64,000 nt of DNA from Acidobacteriota bacterium (GTDB lineage Bacteria; Acidobacteriota; UBA6911; RPQK01; JAJDTT01), in assembly GCA_965263035.1 (NCBI GenBank), contig OZ253580.1:864001-928000 (forward strand). The letters are read 5' to 3'. Position 1 is the stretch's first letter. Each line of letters begins with the position of its first letter. The translations under genes and the position numbers were made by a program. Positions 48,464-58,280 of the stretch are shown here, in pieces. The notes beneath the pieces are model-generated. The model searched no databases. It saw only the letters and a list, made by a program, of their open reading frames with translations, and had not been told where the DNA came from.

Positions 48464-49906
48464 TTAGCGGACGGCAGGGCTGAAATGCGATTGCTCCCTG
48501 CCTTCCCAGCGGCTGCCCACCACCAGCACGACCAGTGAAACGAGCACCCCGACCAGGACCGGATCCATAAACCCCCAGACAAAGAAGCTGGTTCCTGCTT
48601 TGAGCTCCCGGGGACTTAGGATCTGACACAGGATGACAGCCACGCCGCTGATGGTCATGGACGCCAGCACTGTGCGGCCCTTTCTGCGCATGGACGGAAA
48701 CAGGAGGATCGCAATCAGGACAGGTGCAAGTGAGCCGCCGACAATACGGCCCCCGACCAGGAAAAGCTCCATGAGAAAGGGAATGTAGTAATAGGTGACG
48801 CAGGCCAAGACCGAGGTCAAGAGGATGCTGACGCGTGAGATCCAGAGCATCCTGCCGGAACCGGCATCCGGATCGATGAACCGCTGATAGATGTCGACCG
48901 TGACGTTGGATCCCATGGTGCTGATGGTTGAACTCAAGGTGGACATGTTGGCGCTCATGAGGGACACAAAGATGATGCTTCCAAGGACGGGGCCGGCCAC
49001 TTCGTTGGTCAGGTTGATAAAAACCTGATCGGCCTCCACCTCTTTCCCGAAGAAGGCGATCCCGGTCAATCCCAACAGGGCGGGAGTGATGTACCAGAAA
49101 ACACAGACGATCCCCCCGTAGATGAAACCGCGGCGCGCCGCTTCGCGACTGCGAGCGGAAAACGCTCTCTGGGCCAGAGTCTGGTAACCGCTGGCCAGAA
49201 AAAATGCCACTGAAAACCATCCCATGATCTCAAGAGCTTCGAAGTTTCCGGTCAGCGAAAAAAGGGTCGGATCGTCCACCTTCGCAAACACCCCACCAAG
49301 GCCACCGGCACCCTGAATTGAGAATATGAGCAGCAGGCCCGTACCCAGCACAATGATGAAGAACTGGATCGTGTCGGTGACAAGGACGGCCCACATTCCA
49401 CCGAGCGTGACATAGAGCACGGTCACGAAGTAGGTTAGAATCAGAGCCTGGAAAATGCTGATTCCGAGTGCGGTAGAGGCCACGAGTGCGGTCACTCCGA
49501 TGGTCCCTGCGGTAGCCGCGAAATCGCGTAGCATTGCCAGTATCAAGGCCACGACGCGATGAGTCGGACCGAAGAAACGTTCCAGGATCTGGGGGGTCGT
49601 GATGACCTGGAGTTTCCACATCCGGGGGACAAGATAGATCCCGGCCCAAAGGGTTCCAATTCCCACAGCGCCCATGTGCCAGTAGCCGCTCAAACCGAAG
49701 CTCTTCCCAAAGCCGGTCACCGTGATCAGGGTAACGCCGTTGATCCACGTGGCTGCCACCGAACACCCGATCAGAAAGGGTCCGACGCCCCGGCCGGCGA
49801 CGGTCATGTCTTCATAGGTCGTGACGCGCTTTCGGGCGCTCCAAACTCCAATACCGATGACCACGACGAGGTAGACGGCGACCAGGGGCCAGAGAATTTC
49901 GTTCAT
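48464..49906 (-). CDS. Sodium:solute symporter (SSS) family protein
   Basis: VAGR, SVAATW, YVTLGGMWAVLVTDTIQ, QRAFSARS, SANMSTLSS, DIYQR; start ATG 49906 coupled (ATGA) to the upstream small ORF. Confidence 0.9.
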   Translation of the reverse strand: MNEILWPLVAVYLVVVIGIGVWSARKRVTTYEDMTVAGRGVGPFLIGCSVAATWINGVTLITVTGFGKSFGLSGYWHMGAVGIGTLWAGIYLVPRMWKLQVITTPQILERFFGPTHRVVALILAMLRDFAATAGTIGVTALVASTALGISIFQALILTYFVTVLYVTLGGMWAVLVTDTIQFFIIVLGTGLLLIFSIQGAGGLGGVFAKVDDPTLFSLTGNFEALEIMGWFSVAFFLASGYQTLAQRAFSARSREAARRGFIYGGIVCVFWYITPALLGLTGIAFFGKEVEADQVFINLTNEVAGPVLGSIIFVSLMSANMSTLSSTISTMGSNVTVDIYQRFIDPDAGSGRMLWISRVSILLTSVLACVTYYYIPFLMELFLVGGRIVGGSLAPVLIAILLFPSMRRKGRTVLASMTISGVAVILCQILSPRELKAGTSFFVWGFMDPVLVGVLVSLVVLVVGSRWEGREQSHFSPAVR

Positions 49907-50067
49907 GGGGAGGAAAATCGAAAAAGTCCCACCCACAAGAGAAAGAAGAGACCGACCGTGAGGAAAATAACTACGAAACCGATCAGGGCGCTTTGCCAGG
50001 AGGGTTCATTCTGATCGAGTTGAGTCCAATCTTCGAAGGAGTGTTGGTCGTTTCCGGGATGGTCCAT
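49903..50067 (-). CDS. 54-aa single-TM protein, probable SSS accessory subunit
   Basis: MDHPGNDQHSFEDWTQLDQNEPSWQSALIGFVVIFLTVGLFFLLWVGLFRFSSP; its stop overlaps the SSS start. Confidence 0.65.
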   Translation of the reverse strand: MDHPGNDQHSFEDWTQLDQNEPSWQSALIGFVVIFLTVGLFFLLWVGLFRFSSP

Positions 50068-50300
50068 AGAGTGAGCTACATCATGGGTGTCAAATTCACT
50101 TTGAGATCTTCTCGCACTCCGCGGCCTGCACAGGAACCGTCGCGTCGGCAACGCTCAGTTGCCGCATCGACCGTCTCTCCGACAAGCTCGACCCCGATCC
50201 CGGGACCGTGGGCAGCGACACGAAACCGTTGACGACTCCGGGGAGGCCGTCCCTCATGATATCGTGTTCCGGCATCACCAGACAGCTCTTGCGAAACCAG

Positions 50301-52028
50301 GTGTCGGAAAAAGTCGATCCCATCCTTTTTGAGGTGATCCGCGCCGCTCTGGTCGAGGCGACCGAAGAGATGTCGGTCTCCCTGCAACGGACCGCATATT
50401 CGACCAATATCAAGACCCGGCTCGATTATTCCTGTGCCTTTGTGGACCGCAGAGGAAGAATGGTGGCCCAGGCTTTCTGCCAGCCTGCTCACCTGGTGAC
50501 GATCGGCAGGCTGGTGCCGCGGGCCGTGGCCGAGTATGGAGCGGAGAACCTCAACCCCGGCGACATGCTTGTGGTGAACGATCCCCATCGGCAGGCCAGT
50601 CACCTCAACGACATTTTTCTGGTCGCCCCTTTTTTTCACGCTGGAGAACTCTTGGGTTACGTTACGAATACCTGCCACCACGTCGACGTCGGAGGAGGGG
50701 CTCCGGCCAGTATCGGAGCTTTCCGGGAGATCTACCAGGAAGGGCTCATTCTGCCCGTGGTCAAGCTGGTCTCCCGGGAAGAAGTCGATCCCGAAATCTG
50801 GAAGATGGTGTTGGCGAATGTGCGGGCGGCACGGGAGGTGTCCGGTGACCTGCGGGCACAGATCGCGGCCAACAAGATGGGCATGCGCCGCTTGGCGGCT
50901 CTGGTGGAACGCTATGGAATCGAGCAGCTCAAACTCTATATGGACAGGCTGCTTGAATACACGGAGCAGCGCACGCGCAGCGAATTGGAGAAGCTGCCAC
51001 GGGGAAGCTACGAGGCCGAAGGATGGCTGGACGACGACGGGATCACCGACCAGCCGGTGCATTTGAAGGCGCGGGCGACCCTGGACGGAGAAACCATCAC
51101 CTTTGACTTCACCGGCTCGGACCAGCAGCGCTGGGCACCCATGAACAGCAATTTGACTCAGACCTTTACGGCCTGTGTCTACGTGTTGAAATGCCTGGTG
51201 GATCCGGACATTCCGGTCAACGACGGTTTTTACCAGCCGATCCGGGTGATCGCCCCGAAAGGTTCGGTCGTGAACTCCCGGCATCCGGCAGCCATCGTAG
51301 GCGGCTGGGAAGTCTCAGTGCGCCTTTGCGAGATTCTATTCCAGGCGCTCTCCCAAGTTCTGCCCAATGCGGTTCCGGCTGGAACCAAGGGCATGATGTG
51401 CCAGGTCGGATTCGGGGGTAGAGATCCGAAAAGCGGCGAATACTACACCTATTACGAGAGTCTGGCGGGAGGATACGGCGGCCGCGTTGGTTCGGACGGG
51501 CCGGACGCCGTGCAAACCCACATGCAGAACACCCAGAACGCCCCCATCGAGGAGACGGAGCTCAACTACCCGGTTCGCATTACACGTTACAGCCTGATCC
51601 CTGATTCGGAGGGCCCGGGCCAGTTCCGGGGCGGCCTGGGGCTGTGTCGCGAATATCTCTTTCCCGACCACAAAGCGGTCTTCACCTCGCTCTCCGACCG
51701 GGCCAGGTTCGCGCCACACGGACTTTTCGGGGGAGAGGAAGGCAAACTGGCTCGCTATCTCGTGATTTCCGATGGGCAGGAACGGAAATTCTCATCAAAA
51801 GCCACGGTGCACCTTGCAGAGGGAGAAACCGCCCGCATCGAGACCTGTGGAGGTGGGGGCTACGGACCTCCCCTGGCCCGCGACGCGGAACTCGTCCTGC
51901 GGGATGTCAGGGAGGGGAAGATCAGCCGGCAGCGAGCCAGGGACCGATACGGAGTCGCGATCGCCCCTGACGGCTCGATTGAACCGGCTGAAACGGATCA
52001 GTTGCGGTCGTGTCGCGGGTCCCCTTGA
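50301..52028 (+). CDS. Hydantoinase B / 5-oxoprolinase B family protein
   Basis: DPILFEVI, EEM..L.RTAYS.NIK..LDYSCA, PGD..VNDP..HLND, HHVDVGG, QEG, GPGQFRGG, GGGGYG; start uncertain (50208-50301). Confidence 0.9.
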   Translation: MSEKVDPILFEVIRAALVEATEEMSVSLQRTAYSTNIKTRLDYSCAFVDRRGRMVAQAFCQPAHLVTIGRLVPRAVAEYGAENLNPGDMLVVNDPHRQASHLNDIFLVAPFFHAGELLGYVTNTCHHVDVGGGAPASIGAFREIYQEGLILPVVKLVSREEVDPEIWKMVLANVRAAREVSGDLRAQIAANKMGMRRLAALVERYGIEQLKLYMDRLLEYTEQRTRSELEKLPRGSYEAEGWLDDDGITDQPVHLKARATLDGETITFDFTGSDQQRWAPMNSNLTQTFTACVYVLKCLVDPDIPVNDGFYQPIRVIAPKGSVVNSRHPAAIVGGWEVSVRLCEILFQALSQVLPNAVPAGTKGMMCQVGFGGRDPKSGEYYTYYESLAGGYGGRVGSDGPDAVQTHMQNTQNAPIEETELNYPVRITRYSLIPDSEGPGQFRGGLGLCREYLFPDHKAVFTSLSDRARFAPHGLFGGEEGKLARYLVISDGQERKFSSKATVHLAEGETARIETCGGGGYGPPLARDAELVLRDVREGKISRQRARDRYGVAIAPDGSIEPAETDQLRSCRGSP

Positions 52029-52146
52029 ACGAGTCGAATTACAGGTGACCAGATCGGAGTGGGATCTCTCTCCCATCCTGAAGAGCTTCTCTTGTCGCAG
52101 CCTCCGCTCTTGAGAGATCAGCCCGGGGCACTCATCGATCCTGGAG

Positions 52147-53172
52147 GTGACGGTGCGTATCAGGAACAGCTCGTTTTTGAGCATAGTCCTGGCTGCTTTC
52201 CTGCTCCCGTGCCTCGATTGTCGAGATTCCGAAGAATTGAGACCGTCCACCTTGGAGCAAGTGCAACCCTCCACTCAGGACGGCAATTCCTCAGACCTTT
52301 CCCTGATTGCTTTCGACACCGGCATCTTGAGAGGTCACTTCCGCTTCGGGCACGGGGGGAAACCGGGGAGGAGTGATTTTCCGGGTGTGGGGCAATGCAT
52401 CTTTGCGCCGTTGAACGTTTCCCTGGTGAATGCGACACGCCCCAATGCTTTGCTGATGCCGGAATGGATCCTCAGGCCCGGCGGGCCCAGGGATGTCACA
52501 CCGTGGCGGCTCGCCAGTTCAGTCAAACCGGAGCCGATCCCGGATGGAGTTCGTCTCTCCTACCCCGATGAAGAGCTGGCAGACCAGGGTTTGCGTGTAA
52601 CGCTGGAGTACCGGGTCGTGGATGACGTGATTTTCCTGGATGGCCACATCGAAGCCATCCGCCGGCAAGATGATCTGGAACTGCTTTTTGCTTCCTACCT
52701 TCCCAACAGGCTCAATGCCACATATGTACCCTCCCGGTCGGAGAGTGGGATTTCGTGGCAACCGGTCACCCGGGGTGAGCCCTGGAAGAGTTCTTATTTC
52801 ATTTCCTCCTCGCCGGAGACCCGCCGCTGGCGTCGCGACGGGCGTGTGGCGGATGCCAAGGAAGTAGACTGGAGCATGGCTTTTGATCCGGACTGGTTCT
52901 TCGCTGACCCCATTCTGGTCGGCATTGAGGACTCCAGCGGTTTGACGGCTGTCCATTTCGTGGATGACAACTGCACCGCTCTGGTGGGCCAACCCCACGA
53001 CCATGACACGGCCCATGACTTCACTTGGGGCTGGTCGGTCTTGGAATCGGGGCAAAAGGTCCATGCCCGCGCCGCCGTGTGGATTACTCAGCTGCAGGGA
53101 ACCCATGATCAGAGAATGGCGCAGGTCTACGAAAAATATCGGGAGTGGAGACACTCCTGGACGGGGAGCTGA
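52147..53172 (+). CDS. Hypothetical exported protein
   Basis: 341-aa ORF filling the gap, GGAGG nearby, hydrophobic N-terminus with Cys; no family recognised. Confidence 0.6.
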   Translation: MTVRIRNSSFLSIVLAAFLLPCLDCRDSEELRPSTLEQVQPSTQDGNSSDLSLIAFDTGILRGHFRFGHGGKPGRSDFPGVGQCIFAPLNVSLVNATRPNALLMPEWILRPGGPRDVTPWRLASSVKPEPIPDGVRLSYPDEELADQGLRVTLEYRVVDDVIFLDGHIEAIRRQDDLELLFASYLPNRLNATYVPSRSESGISWQPVTRGEPWKSSYFISSSPETRRWRRDGRVADAKEVDWSMAFDPDWFFADPILVGIEDSSGLTAVHFVDDNCTALVGQPHDHDTAHDFTWGWSVLESGQKVHARAAVWITQLQGTHDQRMAQVYEKYREWRHSWTGS

Positions 53173-53251
53173 CCAGGCTTCACCGTTTTTTCTGGTGCGA
53201 TTTCTTGCCACCTGCACAACAGAATGACAAGGCATACGCCTGCCGTTGCAT

Positions 53252-54961
53252 TCAGCGGCTGCCCATCGATTCCCCCTCGATGATGGTCAGAATCTGGCCG
53301 GCTTTGATTTTTTCCAGGGTTTCCCGCCCGCCGCCGGGCCAGTTGATCTCGATTCGATCCACCTGCCGACTCTTCCCCAGGCCGAAATGCAAACGAAGGT
53401 CGTTGTGGGACAAGTAGTTTCCGCCGCTCCTTATTCGACGATTCCGGACCCCTTCGCCCGTCACCACCCTAACTGTGGCCCCAATTGCTGAACGGTTCCC
53501 GGGTCGGCCAACCAGACGAAGCTGGAGCCATTGTCGACGATTTCCTCCATTGTTTCGCAAGAGGGCAGGAGTGTCGTCAATGGCGAGGACGACTAAATCG
53601 AGGTCCCCATCATTGTCATAGTCACAAGCCGCAGCCCCACGGCTCGATTTGGGAGACAGACGCGTGAGTCCGGCCGCCCCGGAAACATCCTCAAACTGGA
53701 AGCCCCCAGCACCGCGAAACAAAAGATCCTGTTGCTTGTAGCTGAGACTCTCGATTTCCGAGGCCTGCGGATAGAGGTGCCCGTTGGCCATGAACAGATC
53801 CAAGGCGCCGTCGTTGTCAAAGTCACCCGAAATGGCGGCCCAGCCCAGGTAGGGGATTGTGATTTTTCCCAGTCTGGCTTGAAACGATATCTCTTCGAAA
53901 TTGAAGTTCCCCAAACTTCGAAACAAGGGGTAGTAGTCTTCTGAGAACGTCGTCACAAATAAATCGGTGAATCCGTCATCTCCTATGTCTCCCATAGCCA
54001 CGCCCATGTTGGCCTGAGCCCTGCCTTCGCGGTTGTAGGCGACGCCCGCCAGCAGAGCAAGCTCCTGGAAGGTCCCGTCCTTCCGGTTCTGATAGAGATA
54101 ATTCTGTCCGGCGTCGTTGGTGACGAAAAGCTCAGGAAACCCGTCATTGTCCAGGTCCTCGAAGACAGCAGAAAACCCATACCCCAATTGCTTGTCCTCG
54201 ACGCCGGCCGCTGCCGTAACCTCACGAAAGGTCCCGTCCCCCAGGTTCCGGTAAAGCACATCGGGAGCTCCCTTCAGGCCCAGGGGGCCACACATGACCG
54301 GCAGCCCGCGGTAATTGCAGGACGCTCCGCCGGTGGGAGGATTTTGCAGATCGAAATCGACATAGCGGCTAACATAAAGATCGACCCAGCCGTCGCGATC
54401 ATAATCGCCGAAGGTCGCTCCGGTACTCCACCATCTGCCTCCGCCAACGTTGGCGCTTCCGGCTACATTAGTGAATGTTCCATTGCCATTATTTCGATAA
54501 AGGAGGTCCTCACCGTAATTGGTGACGAACAGGTCAATAAAACCGTCGTTGTCGTAATCGGCGGCCACCACCCCGTTCCCAAGGCCCGATCCAAGAATTC
54601 CGGCCTTTTGAGTGACCTCGGTAAAGGTGCCGTCTGCGTTGTTTTGGAACAGGAAATTGGGAGCCCGGGAAGCATCCGTCTCACCGTTGAAGAGATTCTC
54701 GGGTGAGATCCCATTGATAATGTAAAGGTCCATCCACCCGTCGTTGTTGTAGTCGATCCAGGCACAACCACTACCGTTTCCCTCCACAATGAACTTTTTT
54801 TCAATAGTTCCACAAGTGGTGGTTACATTCAGTCCGGCTGCCTCGGTCACGTCTTCGAAACTCACTTGGAAGTCCTGTGAAACGGCTCGGACGCTGGATC
54901 CTGAGAGCAGCAGAACTCCGGTGAGCAGTATCCGCAATGACAAGGTCATGTCTATTTGCAT
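53252..54961 (-). CDS. CRTAC1-family protein (FG-GAP plus ASPIC/UnbV)
   Basis: GSGCAWIDYNNDGWMD, DxDxDG repeats, SRGAAACDYDNDGDLD, GGNYLSHNDLRLHFGLG..WPGG. Confidence 0.9.
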   Translation of the reverse strand: MQIDMTLSLRILLTGVLLLSGSSVRAVSQDFQVSFEDVTEAAGLNVTTTCGTIEKKFIVEGNGSGCAWIDYNNDGWMDLYIINGISPENLFNGETDASRAPNFLFQNNADGTFTEVTQKAGILGSGLGNGVVAADYDNDGFIDLFVTNYGEDLLYRNNGNGTFTNVAGSANVGGGRWWSTGATFGDYDRDGWVDLYVSRYVDFDLQNPPTGGASCNYRGLPVMCGPLGLKGAPDVLYRNLGDGTFREVTAAAGVEDKQLGYGFSAVFEDLDNDGFPELFVTNDAGQNYLYQNRKDGTFQELALLAGVAYNREGRAQANMGVAMGDIGDDGFTDLFVTTFSEDYYPLFRSLGNFNFEEISFQARLGKITIPYLGWAAISGDFDNDGALDLFMANGHLYPQASEIESLSYKQQDLLFRGAGGFQFEDVSGAAGLTRLSPKSSRGAAACDYDNDGDLDLVVLAIDDTPALLRNNGGNRRQWLQLRLVGRPGNRSAIGATVRVVTGEGVRNRRIRSGGNYLSHNDLRLHFGLGKSRQVDRIEINWPGGGRETLEKIKAGQILTIIEGESMGSR

Positions 54962-57900
54962 TCCCTACGGGTTTCCTGTGCAGAAACACCGTTTCAATTT
55001 TTTCGCAAGTGGAGCCGGGGGCACTTGACCGCTCGTCGGCTTAATAGTATCAATCTCGTAACCTTGTTGAGCCCCAGGTCCTCTCTTTTATTTATTTTTC
55101 CGCTTTGTCTTTTCTGGGTCGTGAGCTGCGGGCACCCGGTTCCGCCCTACACGCCTGCAGAGGCTCTGACCACCTTCACCATCGAAGAGGGCTTTCGAAT
55201 CGAGGTCTTCGCCTCCGAACCGATGATTCTCGACCCTGTAGCGATGGAATTTGATGAGCATGGTCGGGTGTTCGTAGTCGAGATGCCCGGCTATCCTTTA
55301 AACGTCGGGGCGACCGGGCGCGTGAAGCTGTTGGAAGACACCAACCAGGACGGTTTCCCCGATCAGGCTACGGTATTTGCAGACGGACTCGTGCTTCCCA
55401 CGGGGGTTCTGCGATGGAAGGAAGGTATTCTGGTTACCGATCCGCCCAACGTCTGGTACTTCGAAGACACGGACGGCGACAACCGTGCCGATCTCCGGCA
55501 GGCCGTGCTGACCGGATTCGCCCTCTCCAACCCTCAGCACACGGTCAGCAGTCCTCTTTATGGACTGGACAACTGGATCCATCTCGCCCACGAGCCGGCG
55601 ATCAAGACGATTGTCTTCAAAGACAGGTTCGGTGATCCAGGTTCCAAGAAGAGGTTTCCCAACCGCAACGACGGGCCCCAACTGGACAGTTCCACCGGCA
55701 ATCTCCGCTTCCGCCCGGACACTTTCGAGTTGGAGGCTCTTTCCGGCATCTCTCAATTCGGACTGAGCTTCGATCGATGGGGACACCAATTCCTGGTCAC
55801 CAGCGGTCGACATATACGCCAGGAGGTCATCGCGGCCGCTTACCTGAGGCGCAACCCGTCCTTGCGCGCCGCTTCCCCGGTAGCAGACATTTCAGATCAC
55901 ACCACTCGCGTCTATCCCATCACCCAGAACCCGGAGCACCGAATTCTCACAGGTCCGGGCAGCTTTACCTCTGCTTGTGGGATTTCGATCTATTTGGGAG
56001 GACTCTTCCCCCCTCCATTCAGTCAAGTTTCTTTTGTAGCCGAACCGGCCCACAACCTGGTTCACTGCGATGTTCTGAAAGAAAACGGGGTCACCCTGCA
56101 GGCCAGTCGAAGTGGCGAAGAGACGGAATTCCTGGCCTCCACGGACAGTTGGTTCCGACCGGTCAATTTGTATACCGGACCGGACGGAGCTCTTTACGTC
56201 GTGGACTACTATCGCCGGATCGTTGAGCACCCGGAGTGGATGTCCGACGAGTTCCACAGCCAGGACACCGGGCCTCGGATTCTTTACGAAGGCAGTCAAC
56301 AGGGCCGAATCTACCGCATTACTCCCGCCTCCGAGGAGCCTGTTCCTTTGGTGCGGAACTTCCCGCTCGGTAAGGCCTCGGATCCGGACTTGGTCGAATA
56401 TTTGAACCATCCAAACCTGTGGTGGAGGATGCACGCCCAGCGACTCCTCGTTGGCCGTCAGAACGTACACGCAATCGACCGTCTGATGGAGATCGCCACA
56501 GAAGGTCGCAGGCCCGAATCGCGGGTGCATGCTTTGTGGACACTGGAAGGCCTGGGAAAACTGGACGCCTCTCTCATCCGGAAAGCCCTGGGAGATCCGG
56601 AACCAGGCGTCCGGGAGAACGCGATCCGGCTGGCAGAGTCGCGATTGGCGACGGCTCCCGGGCTGGCGGACAAGTTGCTGGCATTGACCGGGGATGCTCA
56701 TCCCAGAGTGCGCTTCCAACTCCTTTGCACGCTGGGGTGGGTGGACTCGCCCGGAGCCCGCAATGCTCGCCGCCAATTGCTGATGCGGGACATTGACGAC
56801 GAGTGGATGCAAATGGCGGCTTTCAGCGCCTCTGACGTCCGGCCGCTCAATCTGTTCGACACTGGCGTGACCGAGTTTGGTGACGCAGCGTCAAAGGAGA
56901 GAATCGCATTCTTTCGCCGGATCGCTGCCATGGTCGCCGCCGGTTCCGGCCCGTCGGGGGTCAGACAACTCTTGCGCAAGGTAGCGAACGCCAAGAAACG
57001 AGGATCCGATTGGTGGCGTGCGGCCGCTCTGGAGGGGCTGGCCCAGGGAATCGGGCAAGGCTCGAAAAGCGTCACGGAAGGGCTTTCATCCAACCGACTC
57101 CTCGCCTTGTACCAGGCATCGGCCCCACCGGTGCAAAGGGCAACGCTGCAGTTGCTGGAGCTCATGGAGAAACCCCTCGGTCCAGCTCCGGAACCCCTCA
57201 TAAGGGTCCTCCTGGACAGAATCGAAGATCGAGCTGCAGACCCTGCTCTGAGAGCCGGCTCGGTACGCCTTCTGGCCCTCTTCGGTGTGAACTCGAGATT
57301 CGCCCTGCTGAGCTCACTGCTCGATCCACAGGAGCCCCCAGAGGTGCAGACCGCAGCGGTGCGCGCTCTGGGGCAGATCGAGGGGATCGAGTCTGGCCGA
57401 TTGTTCATCTCCAAATGGAGGGAACTGACTCCTCCGGTCCGTCTGGCGGCCACCGTAGCTCTTCTATCCAGGCCGGAGCACGTAGAGCTGTTGGTGACTG
57501 GGATCGAAAATGATGAGGTCCCATTTTGGACGATCAATCAAGGTCACAAAATTCGCCTTGTAATGCAGCAAGATGCCTCCATACGGTTCCGCGTCCATGA
57601 GCTTTTGCGCAAGCTGGAGGGGGAACGACTCCGGATTCTGGAACGCTACCGGGCGGCCCTGAGTCTTTCCGGGGATGCAGTCCAGGGAGCTCAGGTGTTC
57701 AAGAAAAGCTGTGACAAGTGCCATCAGGTCGAGGGGGTGGGAGGCCGCTTCGGCCCTGATCTTGGGACGGTTCGGAATCGGTCGCGGGAGGAGTTGCTCA
57801 CCAACATCATGTTGCCCAGTCAATCGATCTCGGACAACTATGAGCTGTACGTGGTCGAGTTGAACAATCGGGTTCTACAGGAGGGAGTCATCGGCTCGCA

Positions 57901-58090
57901 AACTCCTGTGTCCGTGACCTTGCTGCGTGAAGATGGCACTGAGGCCGTGATTGCCAGAGAGAATATTCGACGGATGTATTCGTCGACCGTTTCGGGAATG
58001 CCGGAAGGCTTGGAGGAGGAGATCAGCGTCCAGGAAATGGCCCATCTGCTGAGTTTTCTCACCACCTCGGCGGTTCCCCCGATTCAATAG
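54956..58090 (+). CDS. PVC-type membrane-bound dehydrogenase with HEAT repeats and a C-terminal cytochrome c (CxxCH)
   Basis: FASEP..DPVAM.FD..GR, LEDTNQDG..D, FRPVN..GPDGALYVVD, HALWTLEGL, CDKCH..GPDL, SGMPEGLE; the true start is probably near 55063 (lipobox-like VVSC). Confidence 0.88.
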   Translation: MHSLRVSCAETPFQFFRKWSRGHLTARRLNSINLVTLLSPRSSLLFIFPLCLFWVVSCGHPVPPYTPAEALTTFTIEEGFRIEVFASEPMILDPVAMEFDEHGRVFVVEMPGYPLNVGATGRVKLLEDTNQDGFPDQATVFADGLVLPTGVLRWKEGILVTDPPNVWYFEDTDGDNRADLRQAVLTGFALSNPQHTVSSPLYGLDNWIHLAHEPAIKTIVFKDRFGDPGSKKRFPNRNDGPQLDSSTGNLRFRPDTFELEALSGISQFGLSFDRWGHQFLVTSGRHIRQEVIAAAYLRRNPSLRAASPVADISDHTTRVYPITQNPEHRILTGPGSFTSACGISIYLGGLFPPPFSQVSFVAEPAHNLVHCDVLKENGVTLQASRSGEETEFLASTDSWFRPVNLYTGPDGALYVVDYYRRIVEHPEWMSDEFHSQDTGPRILYEGSQQGRIYRITPASEEPVPLVRNFPLGKASDPDLVEYLNHPNLWWRMHAQRLLVGRQNVHAIDRLMEIATEGRRPESRVHALWTLEGLGKLDASLIRKALGDPEPGVRENAIRLAESRLATAPGLADKLLALTGDAHPRVRFQLLCTLGWVDSPGARNARRQLLMRDIDDEWMQMAAFSASDVRPLNLFDTGVTEFGDAASKERIAFFRRIAAMVAAGSGPSGVRQLLRKVANAKKRGSDWWRAAALEGLAQGIGQGSKSVTEGLSSNRLLALYQASAPPVQRATLQLLELMEKPLGPAPEPLIRVLLDRIEDRAADPALRAGSVRLLALFGVNSRFALLSSLLDPQEPPEVQTAAVRALGQIEGIESGRLFISKWRELTPPVRLAATVALLSRPEHVELLVTGIENDEVPFWTINQGHKIRLVMQQDASIRFRVHELLRKLEGERLRILERYRAALSLSGDAVQGAQVFKKSCDKCHQVEGVGGRFGPDLGTVRNRSREELLTNIMLPSQSISDNYELYVVELNNRVLQEGVIGSQTPVSVTLLREDGTEAVIARENIRRMYSSTVSGMPEGLEEEISVQEMAHLLSFLTTSAVPPIQ

Positions 58091-58280
58091 TCCCCCGACT
58101 GGAAGCACGGTTCAGGAGCCGCTTCCATGCGGCCGACGGGAAGAGGCAGCCATAGAGTGGGAGCGGCCTCCACGCCGTGAATCTGTTCGGACCACGGAGA
58201 GTCCTCCCCCATTGGGAAACTCCACGCCCGGGCCATGGAAGGCCCTCCCACACTCAGGAAGGATGCAAGAGGATCGTTTA

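Noticed and set aside
58091-58280. Possible riboswitch upstream of the amidase
   Set aside because: Several short hairpins, but I could not match the conserved cores of cobalamin, SAM, TPP or glycine riboswitches.
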